Shown here: piece by piece, positions 53,731-62,882 of the stretch
Position numbering within the stretch: position 1 is the stretch's first letter
Layout of the letters: each line of letters begins with the position of its first letter
Assembly: GCA_963709345.1 (NCBI GenBank)
Contig: CAVPVX010000002.1
Coordinates: 128,001-192,000 of the forward strand
Reading direction: 5' to 3'
Length of the DNA stretch: 64,000 nucleotides
Source: an uncultured Actinomycetes bacterium
GTDB lineage: Bacteria; Actinomycetota; Thermoleophilia; UBA2241
The notes under the pieces: model-generated
Told to the model about the DNA's origin: nothing
Database searches by the model: none
What the model saw: the letters and a program-made list of their open reading frames with translations, nothing else
Translations under genes and position numbers: made by a program

Positions 53731-54909
53731 TCAGCCCCCCGGCCGCATCCGCAGATATTCGCGCAGGTCGGCGCCCAAGACCGCGTGTAGCTCAGACAGA
53801 TCGCTGGACGGCACGTCGACGAACGTGAACGCGAACACCGGGTAACGGTTGAAATCGGTCGGGCGGAGCTCCAAGACGGCGCTGAAGCGCGCGGCGAAGC
53901 GCTCGTAGTCGACCGAATCGATCGCAGCGAGGTCCACGGAGCTCGGCAGATCGGATACGACCATGGCGGTACTGCGCCCGGCAGTCTCGACCGCGATGCG
54001 AGCCCAGTCCGGGCGCTCGCCGAGAAGATAGCATCGGTACGGGTTAACGCCGAACGCGAAGTACGCGATATCTGTCGCGCACCATCCGCCGAAGCGCATC
54101 GGGTTGACCTCGATCGGCGCAACGCGGCCGGCTGCGTCGATGCGAAGCTCAGCGTGGACGGGGAAATCGGCCAGGCCGGCGCGGCGACCGACTTCAGCGA
54201 GGAACGCCGTCGCGGGCGGACTCAGGCGCTCGACCGTCTGGGCGCTCGTGAGGTAGACACGGTCGCTCACGTCATCAGTCGAGACGAACAGGTGCGCGTA
54301 GATGTCGACCACGACTGGAGTCCCATCCGCATCGAAGTAGGCGTCGACCGCGAACTCCTCGCCTTCGACGACCTCCTCGACCACGAACCGATCGAGTCCC
54401 AGCACCTCATCGGGATAGATGGAGCCGAATGCTTGTACCTCGCGCTCGACGTCAGCCACCGCCGCCGGCCAGGCTTCAGCAGACGCGACAACGTGGACTC
54501 CCATGCTGAAGAACCCGACGGCCGGCTTGAGGATGAAGGGTGCACGAAGGCTCGTCGGGTCGAACGCGCGCAGTCCGGACAGTGACAGCTCAAAGTAGCG
54601 GTAGTCCGGATACAGATCAGCCACAAGATCGCGGAACGCGAGCTTGTCTTTGAACAGTCTGACCATCCCCGGCACGTCCGACTCCACGAGATGCTCGGAG
54701 ATCCAACCGATCGCGTTCTCGGAGTTCGAGTACAGCCTGGCGCCCGGTCGGGCGGCCGCAGCGGCGAACGTATCGTCGGCGAGCAGCAGAGCGGCGTAGT
54801 CCCCTGGCAGTCGACGCCTGGCCATCGTCGTGTCAAGGACGGGAAGCCCCAGATCCACGACAGTGGCAGCAAGAAGGTCGGAGACGTAGGGCTCCTCGAG
54901 TATGAACAC
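53731..54909 (-). CDS. ATP-grasp domain protein
   Basis: FKDKLAFR, FILKPAVGFFSMGV, VEEVVEGEEFAVD, HAELR, IEVNPMRFGG. Confidence 0.85.
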   Translation of the reverse strand: MFILEEPYVSDLLAATVVDLGLPVLDTTMARRRLPGDYAALLLADDTFAAAAARPGARLYSNSENAIGWISEHLVESDVPGMVRLFKDKLAFRDLVADLYPDYRYFELSLSGLRAFDPTSLRAPFILKPAVGFFSMGVHVVASAEAWPAAVADVEREVQAFGSIYPDEVLGLDRFVVEEVVEGEEFAVDAYFDADGTPVVVDIYAHLFVSTDDVSDRVYLTSAQTVERLSPPATAFLAEVGRRAGLADFPVHAELRIDAAGRVAPIEVNPMRFGGWCATDIAYFAFGVNPYRCYLLGERPDWARIAVETAGRSTAMVVSDLPSSVDLAAIDSVDYERFAARFSAVLELRPTDFNRYPVFAFTFVDVPSSDLSELHAVLGADLREYLRMRPGG

Positions 54910-55530
54910 AGCAGACTCCGCGATCGACTAGGGGCGAGTGGCTCCGAACAGGATAGCGGCAGCCTCAGGCATTAGCCATCGCATCGGCTCGCTCGACTCA
55001 CGCGTGGCGGGCCACCTCGTGCTTCGCTCAGACTTCGTGAACGGCGACCTGCCGCCCCAGACGATCCCGTGTTCTCAGTCGCTCGTTCGCTTGGATTGAA
55101 GGTCACCGCCTGTGCGCTCAACGGCGCGCCCGCGATGATGGCCAAGGACAGCGCCCGAGCCACCTCTCGGCGGAACCGCCTGAAGCCGCACCGGCCCGAC
55201 TGGCCGAGTGTCGAGAAATGGGTGTGCGGGCTTGAGCCGACCGAGGGCCTACCGGGAAACCGGGGCGCATGGACGACGCTCGAGGCCCCAGGGGACACCG
55301 TGACGCCCCATGAGCGACGGCAGGCGGACGCCGCAAGCCCGACGGCTCGCCGACGCCCTGACGCGGACGCCAGGAGGATGTGGTCCTTCGGGCAGAGGAT
55401 CCCGCGTGATCACCCCGACTGCGCAGCGGGCGCCTGACCAAGAAGAGCCAGACGCCCGCTGGACTGCTCACGCGCTCGCCATGCCTTCGGCAAGAGCGAG
55501 TGCGCCGCAACGCCTCAAGAGAGGAACGCC

Positions 55531-56532
55531 TCAGGCTCCGAGCGTCGCCACCATGACGGCTTTGATCGTATGCATGCGGTTCTCGGCCTGATCGAAGACG
55601 ACGGAGGCGGGCGACTCGAACACGTCTTCGCTGACTTCCATGCAGTCGACGCCGAACTCCTGGTAGATCTGCTCGCCGACGGTCGTGTCGCGATTATGGA
55701 ACGCCGGGAGACAGTGCATGAACTTGACGCCCGGATTGCCGGTCTTCTTCATGGCATCCGCGGTGACCCGGTAGGGCGTGAGAAGCTCGATACGGTCCTT
55801 CCAGACCTCGGTGGCCTCGCCCATCGACACCCAGACGTCGGTGTGCAGGAAGTCCGCGCCGGCCACGCCCTCATCGATGTCCTCGGTCAGCGTCAAACGT
55901 GCACCGGTCTCCTCGGCGACCGCGCGGCACTGAGCTACCAGGTCCGGGTTCGGCCAGAGCGACTTGGGGGTGCAGAGCCGCACGTCCATCCCCATCTTGC
56001 TCCCGGCGACCATGAGCGAGTTGCCCATGTTGTTGCGTGCGTCTCCGAGGAAGCAGAAGGTCATCTCGCTCAGCGGCTTGTCGCTGTGCTCGGACATGGT
56101 GAGCAGGTCGCACAGCACCTGCGTCGGGTGGAACTCATTGGTGAGACCGTTCCACACGGGCACTCCGGCGTGCGCGGCGAGATCCTCCACGACCGCCTGG
56201 CCGAACCCGCGGTATTCGATGGCATCGTACATGCGCCCCAGCACGCGCGCCGTGTCTTTCATCGTCTCCTTGTTGCCGATCTGCGACCCGGACGGACCGA
56301 GATAGGTGACGTGCGCACCCTGGTCGAACGCTGCCACCTCGAAGGCACAGCGCGTCCGCGTGGACGCCTTCTCGAAGATGAGGGCGATGTTCTTCCCGGA
56401 GAGACGCGGGACCTCGTAGCCTCCGTACTTCGCCGCCTTCAGGTCCGCAGACAGCTTCAGAAGGAAACGGATCTCAGTTGGAGTGAAGTCGAGCAGCTTG
56501 ACGAAACTCCTGTTACGCAGATTGAAGGCCAT
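55531..56532 (-). CDS. argF: ornithine carbamoyltransferase
   Basis: [40 protein letters not shown]. Confidence 0.96.
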   Translation of the reverse strand: MAFNLRNRSFVKLLDFTPTEIRFLLKLSADLKAAKYGGYEVPRLSGKNIALIFEKASTRTRCAFEVAAFDQGAHVTYLGPSGSQIGNKETMKDTARVLGRMYDAIEYRGFGQAVVEDLAAHAGVPVWNGLTNEFHPTQVLCDLLTMSEHSDKPLSEMTFCFLGDARNNMGNSLMVAGSKMGMDVRLCTPKSLWPNPDLVAQCRAVAEETGARLTLTEDIDEGVAGADFLHTDVWVSMGEATEVWKDRIELLTPYRVTADAMKKTGNPGVKFMHCLPAFHNRDTTVGEQIYQEFGVDCMEVSEDVFESPASVVFDQAENRMHTIKAVMVATLGA

Positions 56533-56629
56533 CTATGCATCCTCCTCGGTTGATTCCGGCCAGAGCCATTCGCTCATGGCTGGCCATTATCCGACACCAA
56601 CCCTGCAACGCAAACCCAAGCCGTGGAGG

Positions 56630-57022
56630 ATGCGGAGCGACGACGCATCGGTGGACCATCTGACGCGCCACAAAGAGAGTTGGACGGCTGACCTCGCAGA
56701 CAGTCACGGCGAAGGCGCCGGTGTCGGGCACCAGCCCAACGGTGCCACGCCGCCGACGCAAGACAACACCGTACTGGCCGGGCATCTACTCAAGGGCGCC
56801 TTTCTTCTGCTCGACCGTCTCGCGCCAGGCGATCTCATCGTCATCTTCCGGCATCGGGCTCTCCACCAGTACCGAGTCATGAAGGTCTTCACCAGAGATC
56901 CGGAAGACGAGAGCATCCTCAGATGCGGCTCCCGTGCGATGCTCACGCTCTACACCTGCGCGCCTCGCCACCAGGGCAACAGCCGGACCGTGGTGGTGGC
57001 TGAGACTGTTCCGGCGTTATGA
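56630..57022 (+). pseudogene. N-terminally truncated sortase
   Basis: GVGH, NTVLAGH, LTLYTC, RTVVVA; no TM anchor. Confidence 0.7.
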
Positions 57023-57042
57023 TTGCCGCTACACTCGTAACC

Positions 57043-57096
57043 CACAGACCGCACTCAGGCCGCCCTCAGCGTATCCTCAGAGTCGCTCGCTAGCCT
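57043..57096 (+). promoter_or_regulatory. four phased direct repeats (11-bp period) followed by a -10 element
   Basis: CACAG 57043, CTCAG 57054, 57065, 57076; TAGCCT 57091-57096. Confidence 0.65.
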
Positions 57097-57166
57097 CTCT
57101 CTCAAGCGGCAGGCCGGTCTGGGACACAAAGAAACCGGTAGCCATGCACCACGTCGATGGAGCGGC

Positions 57167-58063
57167 ATGAAGAGAGCAGTACTCAACTACTGGGTCGACA
57201 TGATCACCGGCGTGGCATTTCTCTTCTGCGCCGCTACCGGTATCGTGCGCCTCTTTCCCGAAGCCACCACGCTGACGGCCTCCGGTAGCCCCGTGATCTT
57301 CGGCATCAGCACGGCGCTGTGGGCGACGATCCACGATTGGAGCGGCGCGATCATGGCCGCCGGCGTCGGCGTCCACACAGCTCTCCACCTGCGCTGGCTG
57401 GCACACATGACGCGCAAGATGGCCGGCGGGAGCCGGCGGGAGCGCGTCACGCCGAAGCGGCCGGCGCCTGCGAGAGTCGTCGCGGCCGAGGCGCAGCGGC
57501 CGGCCCCTGCGGCCGGCGTCGCGCCCGCCGTGGGCGCAGCCGCGCCGCCGCAGGTGGTCGCGGCCACCTCTCTCGAGCGGCTTGAGCACATGGGTGAGGA
57601 CAGGCTTCCAAGCCAGCCCTCCCGCATGAGCCGCAAGGCGTTTCTTGCCGGTACCGCCGTCCTCGGCGGAGTGGCGCTGCTGGGCGGCCTCAGCATCGCC
57701 GGCCGCACGTCGGGCACTGCGGCGGCCGGAGACTCCACCGGCTCCTCGTCCGGGACCGGCAACGGCTACGGCCACGGGACTCAGAGCGACTCCTCAGCCT
57801 CCGCCTCCGGATCCACTGCAGAATCCGGATCGTCCACCGGCAGTACTGCGGACACCGGGTCTTCCCCCGCGACGACACCGTCTGCTCGCGTCGTCGTCGA
57901 CTCAGGCAGTTGCACCGGTTGCGGCGCCTGCCCGCAGGTGTGCCCTCACGGCGTGTTCTCGTTCGACGGCTCGAAGGCGGTGGCCCACGACCCCGACGCC
58001 TGCACGCTCTGCGGCAGATGCGTCCAGGTGTGCCAGACCTCCGCGATCAAGCTGAACGGCTGA
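57167..58063 (+). CDS. DUF4405 membrane protein with internal Tat-like TM and 2x[4Fe-4S] ferredoxin
   Basis: NYWVD, IHDWSG, VHTALH; MSRKAFLAG+TM; CTGCGACPQVCP, CTLCGRCVQVC. Confidence 0.8.
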   Translation: MKRAVLNYWVDMITGVAFLFCAATGIVRLFPEATTLTASGSPVIFGISTALWATIHDWSGAIMAAGVGVHTALHLRWLAHMTRKMAGGSRRERVTPKRPAPARVVAAEAQRPAPAAGVAPAVGAAAPPQVVAATSLERLEHMGEDRLPSQPSRMSRKAFLAGTAVLGGVALLGGLSIAGRTSGTAAAGDSTGSSSGTGNGYGHGTQSDSSASASGSTAESGSSTGSTADTGSSPATTPSARVVVDSGSCTGCGACPQVCPHGVFSFDGSKAVAHDPDACTLCGRCVQVCQTSAIKLNG

Positions 58064-58360
58064 CCCTCTACTCGGCTCCCGTCATCAACGCTGCGCCCGT
58101 GTCGACCGGCGCGGTACTCTGCTGTGCCCAGCGGACGACCAGGTAGCGCCCCACGAAGAGGGCGAGCAGCAGCACCGGCACGGATTCGTAGTGAGATCGA
58201 CGTGCCGTGTCACTGCATACTCCCGCGGCACTCAAGAGCCCCGTATGCAGCGACGGCACCACACCTCAGCGGGAAGACGCACTGATGAACGCCGCCTTGG
58301 AGACCGAACCTGGTAGCGCACTCCGGCGCTGCGACACCGGAGGCGGTCAAGCCCGGCAAG

Positions 58361-58850
58361 ATGGAGTGGCACCCCGCCGACACACGCGTCGCCGAGTGTC
58401 TCGTGATTTCGCGCCACGTCCTTGCGAGTGTCGACACCCTTCTCGGCTTCCGGTTCCTGTTCGCCGGCGGAGCGACCGATGCGGTCAACCGGGCTCACCT
58501 CCTTTCCCTGGGTGGGGTCGGTGTGGCCGCTTTCATCAGTCACGCCGCGTTCACGCTCGCCGACGCCCAGCATCTCGGCCTCGGCGACAAGCCGAGCGAC
58601 TATCGGCGCGCGGTGGGATTCCTCGATCCGGGGGTGGCTGTGACCGCGATCCTCGCCCATGTTCTCAGTTGAGGCGCCGCGCGAAGGCGTCACCTGCAGC
58701 GTGTGCTCCGCCTGCTTCATGCGATGCATGGGGCTCTTCGTGCATCGCGAGCCTACTGATGAGAGCGGCGCGCACTTCATCAAGAACGTCGTCATCTGCC
58801 TGATCCTTGGCGGCCTGCTGATGTTCTTCGGTGTCGCCGCCCCCGTCTGA
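58361..58850 (+). pseudogene. degraded DUF6790-like membrane protein
   Basis: GVGVAAFISHA..ADAQHLGL...SDYRRAVGF..GVAVTAILA then TGA at 58672 and a frame change. Confidence 0.45.
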
Positions 58851-58889
58851 GACCGCCCTCGCCGGCCGAGACAGCGCGACGCCAGCGCC

Positions 58890-60239
58890 CTAGAGACCGG
58901 CGCTGCTCCGCATGAGCGCGGTCACGATCTCCGGCGCGAAGTGCGCCAGCAGGGCGCCGCAGCAGGCGAAGACGTAGTCGCGATCGAGTGCGACGCGCGC
59001 GTCCGGCGGCGGCAGCAGGCGCTCCCCGCCGCCGCTCTTCGCGCGCACGTCAGACAGGACGGCCGCGCCGCCGGACAGACGCGTGAGCGCCCCGCCCGTA
59101 CCGATCACCAGCCGGCAGGCGGTGAGGTCGCGCCCGCGTGCGACCGTCTGACGGCCGGTCGGCGTGTACAGGTGAGCGAGTTGACCGGCGTGCCGCTGCA
59201 CGCCGGTCACGGCGGCGAAGTGCGTGAGCGTGAGTGCCGCCGCGATCTCCTCCTGCGTCGTCGGTAGCGGCGGCGGCAGCTGCACCGGCCGCTCCTGCTC
59301 GGCCAGCATCTCGACCACGTGCGCCGCACTGACATAGGTGCCGAGGTCGCCCTCGACGGTGCGCTTGCTGTGCGGCTGTGGCTCGATCATGAGCGCCGCG
59401 ACCTCGGGACTGCCGTCGGTGATCGAGTGCACGTCGGTCGTGGCGCCGCCGACGTCGACGACGACGAGATCGCCGATGTCCTCTGCGAGGCGTTCCGCCG
59501 CGATCAGAACCGCCCCCGGCGTCGGCAGGATGCGCCCGTTCACGACCTCGCCGATGCGCTCCATGCCGGGCGCATGAGTGATGTGTTCCTCGAAGGCATC
59601 GTGGATGACCGCCCGAGCCGGCACGATGTCGAGCTCGTCGATACCCGGGTAGACGTTGTTTGTGACCTTGACCTTGAAGCCGGCGCCTTCCAGCACTTCC
59701 TGCGCGTCGCTGCAGACGACGGAGTTGCCGGCGTACACCACTATCGGTCGCGCCTCCAACTCGGCCAGCCGACCGGCGTTGAAAAGCACCGTATCGAAGT
59801 CGCCACCCTCCACCCCGCCGGCCAGCAGGATCAGATTGGGCTTGACCGCGTCTATCTCGCGCAGATCGTGGTCGCGCAGACGGCCGGCGGTCTGGAACTT
59901 GACGACCGCGCCGGCCCCGAGCGCGGCCTCCCGCGCCGCCATGGCCGTCATGCGCTGCGTGAGACCGTGGACGGTCATGCGGAGGCCCCCGGCGGCCGAG
60001 CTGGTCGCCAGTGTCAGGCTCGGCTCGAGCGGCCCGGAAGCCGCCTCCAGCCGCGCCCGGGCGGCGTTCACGCCGATGGTGACGTCGCCGTCGGCGACAC
60101 TCGTCGCGGCGACGCCCTGCCCGACGAGGTGGGGCGTCGTCGCCGGGTACTCGCGCAGGCCCGCGAACGCCGAGACGACGGTGGTCGTAGAACCGATCTC
60201 GGCGACGAGGACGTCCACGGGGCGGGGGCCGGCCGTCAC
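58890..60239 (-). CDS. GlmL/MutL-related ornithine degradation protein (B12 mutase reactivase-like)
   Basis: VAEIGSTTT, TSSAAGGLRM, LAGGVEGG, PTPGAV, VDVGGATTDVHS, RTVEGDLG. Confidence 0.9.
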   Translation of the reverse strand: MTAGPRPVDVLVAEIGSTTTVVSAFAGLREYPATTPHLVGQGVAATSVADGDVTIGVNAARARLEAASGPLEPSLTLATSSAAGGLRMTVHGLTQRMTAMAAREAALGAGAVVKFQTAGRLRDHDLREIDAVKPNLILLAGGVEGGDFDTVLFNAGRLAELEARPIVVYAGNSVVCSDAQEVLEGAGFKVKVTNNVYPGIDELDIVPARAVIHDAFEEHITHAPGMERIGEVVNGRILPTPGAVLIAAERLAEDIGDLVVVDVGGATTDVHSITDGSPEVAALMIEPQPHSKRTVEGDLGTYVSAAHVVEMLAEQERPVQLPPPLPTTQEEIAAALTLTHFAAVTGVQRHAGQLAHLYTPTGRQTVARGRDLTACRLVIGTGGALTRLSGGAAVLSDVRAKSGGGERLLPPPDARVALDRDYVFACCGALLAHFAPEIVTALMRSSAGL

Positions 60240-60299
60240 CGACTCTCCCCCGCCCCGCCGCGCGCGGGCCTCGTGCGCAGGTGGCGCGAGCGTGTCACG

Positions 60300-62522
60300 T
60301 CACATCCCGCGCTCGCGCATCGTCTTGACGACGAACGAGGCGACGCCGATGCCCTTGGCGCCGCGCCCGAAGCCGGCGTCCATGCCCCAACTGCGGGCCA
60401 GCTCGTCCGTGACCTGGGTGCCGCCGCTGATGAGGATCAGCTTGTCGCGCACGCCCTTCTCGACGGCCAGGTCGGCGAGCTTCTCCATGTTGTTCCGGTG
60501 CATGTCGCCGTGCGTGATGATCGTGCTGATGAGAACGATCTGCGCGGCGTGCTCGATCGCCGCGTCCAGTACCTTCTCGACCGGCACCGAGGTGCCCAGG
60601 TACTCGCACCCGAAGCCCCACTTCTCGAGGCCGCCGTGCTTGATGTCGATGATCTCGCGCATGCCCACCGAGTGCTCGTCCTGCCCCACCGTGGCGGCCA
60701 CGCACTTGATGTCCTTCTCCGTGACGAAGGCCTTGATCTCCTCGTCGCTCATCACCTCGGGCTCGGGCGGAATCACGAGCCGGGCAGGGTCGACGACCGC
60801 GTCCAGCCGGCCCTTGAGCTCGATCAGCGTGCCCTCCGCCGGGTGCATGACCTGCTTGTTGATGACCTCGCACTCCTGCAGGTTCATGGCCTTGCCGAAC
60901 TCGAGTGCCGCAAACTCCGCGACGCGCGGCGCCGCGGGAAGGAACAGGGTCACGACCACCCAGCCGTCCGCGGCCCACTGAACCTCCGGCTTGAGTAGAC
61001 CTCTGTCGCGCAACTCCGCCGTCTGCGCGAGCCGCGCGTTGACGTTGTCCTCCGGGTCGAGCTCGTCGATGAACGGCACCTTCTCGGCGTCGCACAGGGT
61101 GCAGCCATCGATGAGGTCGCAGGGCCTGTGGACGACGCCCGCGCCGCCCGCTTCACCATACCCTTCGGGCAGGTGGTTCTCGCCGAAGTGGTGGCACACC
61201 GGCGCAAGGTAGTCCTCGGCGCGCGGCACGATCGTCCCCGCCGCCACGCCGCCGTCGCTCTTGCGGGCGATGCCGTCGTCGTGCGTCTCGGGGTAGATGC
61301 CGGAGTCGACGAAGTAGGCCTCCTCGACGGCACCGAAGTACCCGCCGTCCTTGAGCATCCCTTCGAGAAAGAGGATGGCGCGCTCCTTGATCTCGCGCAC
61401 CTTGGCCTTGAGCTCCGGCGCCTCGCGGTCGAGTTTGACCATCTCGCGCAGGCCGTCCATGCCCACGAGGCTCTGCTTGGCCGTGTTCACGGCGGCGACG
61501 TTGTTGTAGTGCCAGGGCACGTTGCGGCCCTCGTCGGGCGTGATCGTGCTCTGGATGTCGGCGCTCGTGAGCCGGCTGATCACGAGGTTCATCACGTGGC
61601 TGACGGTGGCGTCGCGGCCGTCGGCCTCCATGTAGCGCGTGTTCTCCTGGGCGCGCATCTTGTAGTCGCCGAAGAAGTCGCGCAGCGCCACCGCGTACGG
61701 CAGGTCCATGCGCATGCACGGCGCCGGCGCCGCGTCGGGCGGCACGGTGCTCAGGCAGATGTCTTCCTTGGGCATCCCGACCGCGACCGAGTACGCCGAG
61801 TTGATGGCGTGCTGCACCAGCAGCTCGGGCATCACGTTCCAGGCCTCCACCGCCGTGGCGTTGGCGTTGTGGGCACCGTCGATCTGCGCCATGCTCACGC
61901 TGGCCATGACGTGCTTGGCCACCGCCGCGTCCACGAAGCTGCGGTACATGTTGATGTTGCGGTAGAGCACGTTGTACTGCGGGTCCTGGTGGGCGCCGTT
62001 GACGCCCTCTTCGGCGAACATGACGGCCATCTCGGGGCCGGCAACGCCACTCACGTAGGAGTGGAAGTTGATGGGCCGGCCCACCTCGTCTTCGATGAAG
62101 TCCAGCGCCTTGCGGGTGGCGCGCACCTGCTTACGCGTGACGGCGATGCCGCCCACGCCCTCCGGCGTACCCTCGAGGAGGCCGTCCATGTGGCTCTGCC
62201 CGGCGGTGCGGATGACCATCATGTGGTCGGCGCCGTGCCAGGCCGCCATGCGCATGCGGCGGATATCGTCCTCGAAGCGTCCGGAGGCGATCTCGGTGGT
62301 CACGACGCAGTCGGGCTGCGGGTCGATATCGCCGAAGTAGTGCGCGGCCGGCAGTGGGATGCTCCGCACAAGACCCTTCGAAGTCTCCTTGTAGACGAAC
62401 TTGTGCAGCGTCTGGTCGGACACCAGTTCGCGCCAGTGCCAGCCCTTGCGCCGCGGGCGGTAGTGCTCGAGGTCGTCGAGCAGGGCGGCGACATCGAGCT
62501 TCTCGTTGGGGTCGAGCTTCAT
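60300..62522 (-). CDS. oraE: D-ornithine 4,5-aminomutase E subunit
   Basis: EIASGRFEDDIRRMRMAAWHGADH, GAHQDPQYN, DEHSVG B12 motif, IDIKHGG PLP lysine. Confidence 0.96.
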   Translation of the reverse strand: MKLDPNEKLDVAALLDDLEHYRPRRKGWHWRELVSDQTLHKFVYKETSKGLVRSIPLPAAHYFGDIDPQPDCVVTTEIASGRFEDDIRRMRMAAWHGADHMMVIRTAGQSHMDGLLEGTPEGVGGIAVTRKQVRATRKALDFIEDEVGRPINFHSYVSGVAGPEMAVMFAEEGVNGAHQDPQYNVLYRNINMYRSFVDAAVAKHVMASVSMAQIDGAHNANATAVEAWNVMPELLVQHAINSAYSVAVGMPKEDICLSTVPPDAAPAPCMRMDLPYAVALRDFFGDYKMRAQENTRYMEADGRDATVSHVMNLVISRLTSADIQSTITPDEGRNVPWHYNNVAAVNTAKQSLVGMDGLREMVKLDREAPELKAKVREIKERAILFLEGMLKDGGYFGAVEEAYFVDSGIYPETHDDGIARKSDGGVAAGTIVPRAEDYLAPVCHHFGENHLPEGYGEAGGAGVVHRPCDLIDGCTLCDAEKVPFIDELDPEDNVNARLAQTAELRDRGLLKPEVQWAADGWVVVTLFLPAAPRVAEFAALEFGKAMNLQECEVINKQVMHPAEGTLIELKGRLDAVVDPARLVIPPEPEVMSDEEIKAFVTEKDIKCVAATVGQDEHSVGMREIIDIKHGGLEKWGFGCEYLGTSVPVEKVLDAAIEHAAQIVLISTIITHGDMHRNNMEKLADLAVEKGVRDKLILISGGTQVTDELARSWGMDAGFGRGAKGIGVASFVVKTMRERGM

Positions 62523-62881
62523 CGCCCTCCTCCCCACTTCTGCTCCACTGCGTCCCAACCCTCACCGGCGGCAAGGCGCCGCGCGGCTTCGGGCGCGGTG
62601 CAGCCCCAGGCGGTGCTGCAGTGCAGCACCACGTGACCTGCGCCGTGCCCCAGCAAGCCGCGCTTCTCGCACTCGCCGACCACGGCCATGCAGGTCGGCG
62701 AGTCGGCGCCCATGCGCATCAGCACCGAGCGCTCGATACTCGGCGAGGTGTGCACGCGGGCGAGCTCGACCAGCGGATCGACCACCTGCTGGGCGAGCTC
62801 CCAGAAGCGCGCCTCGAGCTCCTCGTCGGCCAGGCCGGCGAGATGCCCGCGGATCTGCAGATACGTGTCTTCGCGGGCCAT
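62519..62881 (-). CDS. oraS: D-ornithine 4,5-aminomutase S subunit
   Basis: DEELEARFW, HTSPSIERSVLMRMG, GLLGHGAG. Confidence 0.95.
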   Translation of the reverse strand: MAREDTYLQIRGHLAGLADEELEARFWELAQQVVDPLVELARVHTSPSIERSVLMRMGADSPTCMAVVGECEKRGLLGHGAGHVVLHCSTAWGCTAPEAARRLAAGEGWDAVEQKWGGGR

Positions 62882-62882
62882 C

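Noticed and set aside
54950-55520. Fragments resembling an HTH antitoxin tail (VFSVARSLGLKVTA) or IS5 transposase end (SRSFAWIEG)
   Set aside because: Matches are too short, with no supporting upstream sequence.
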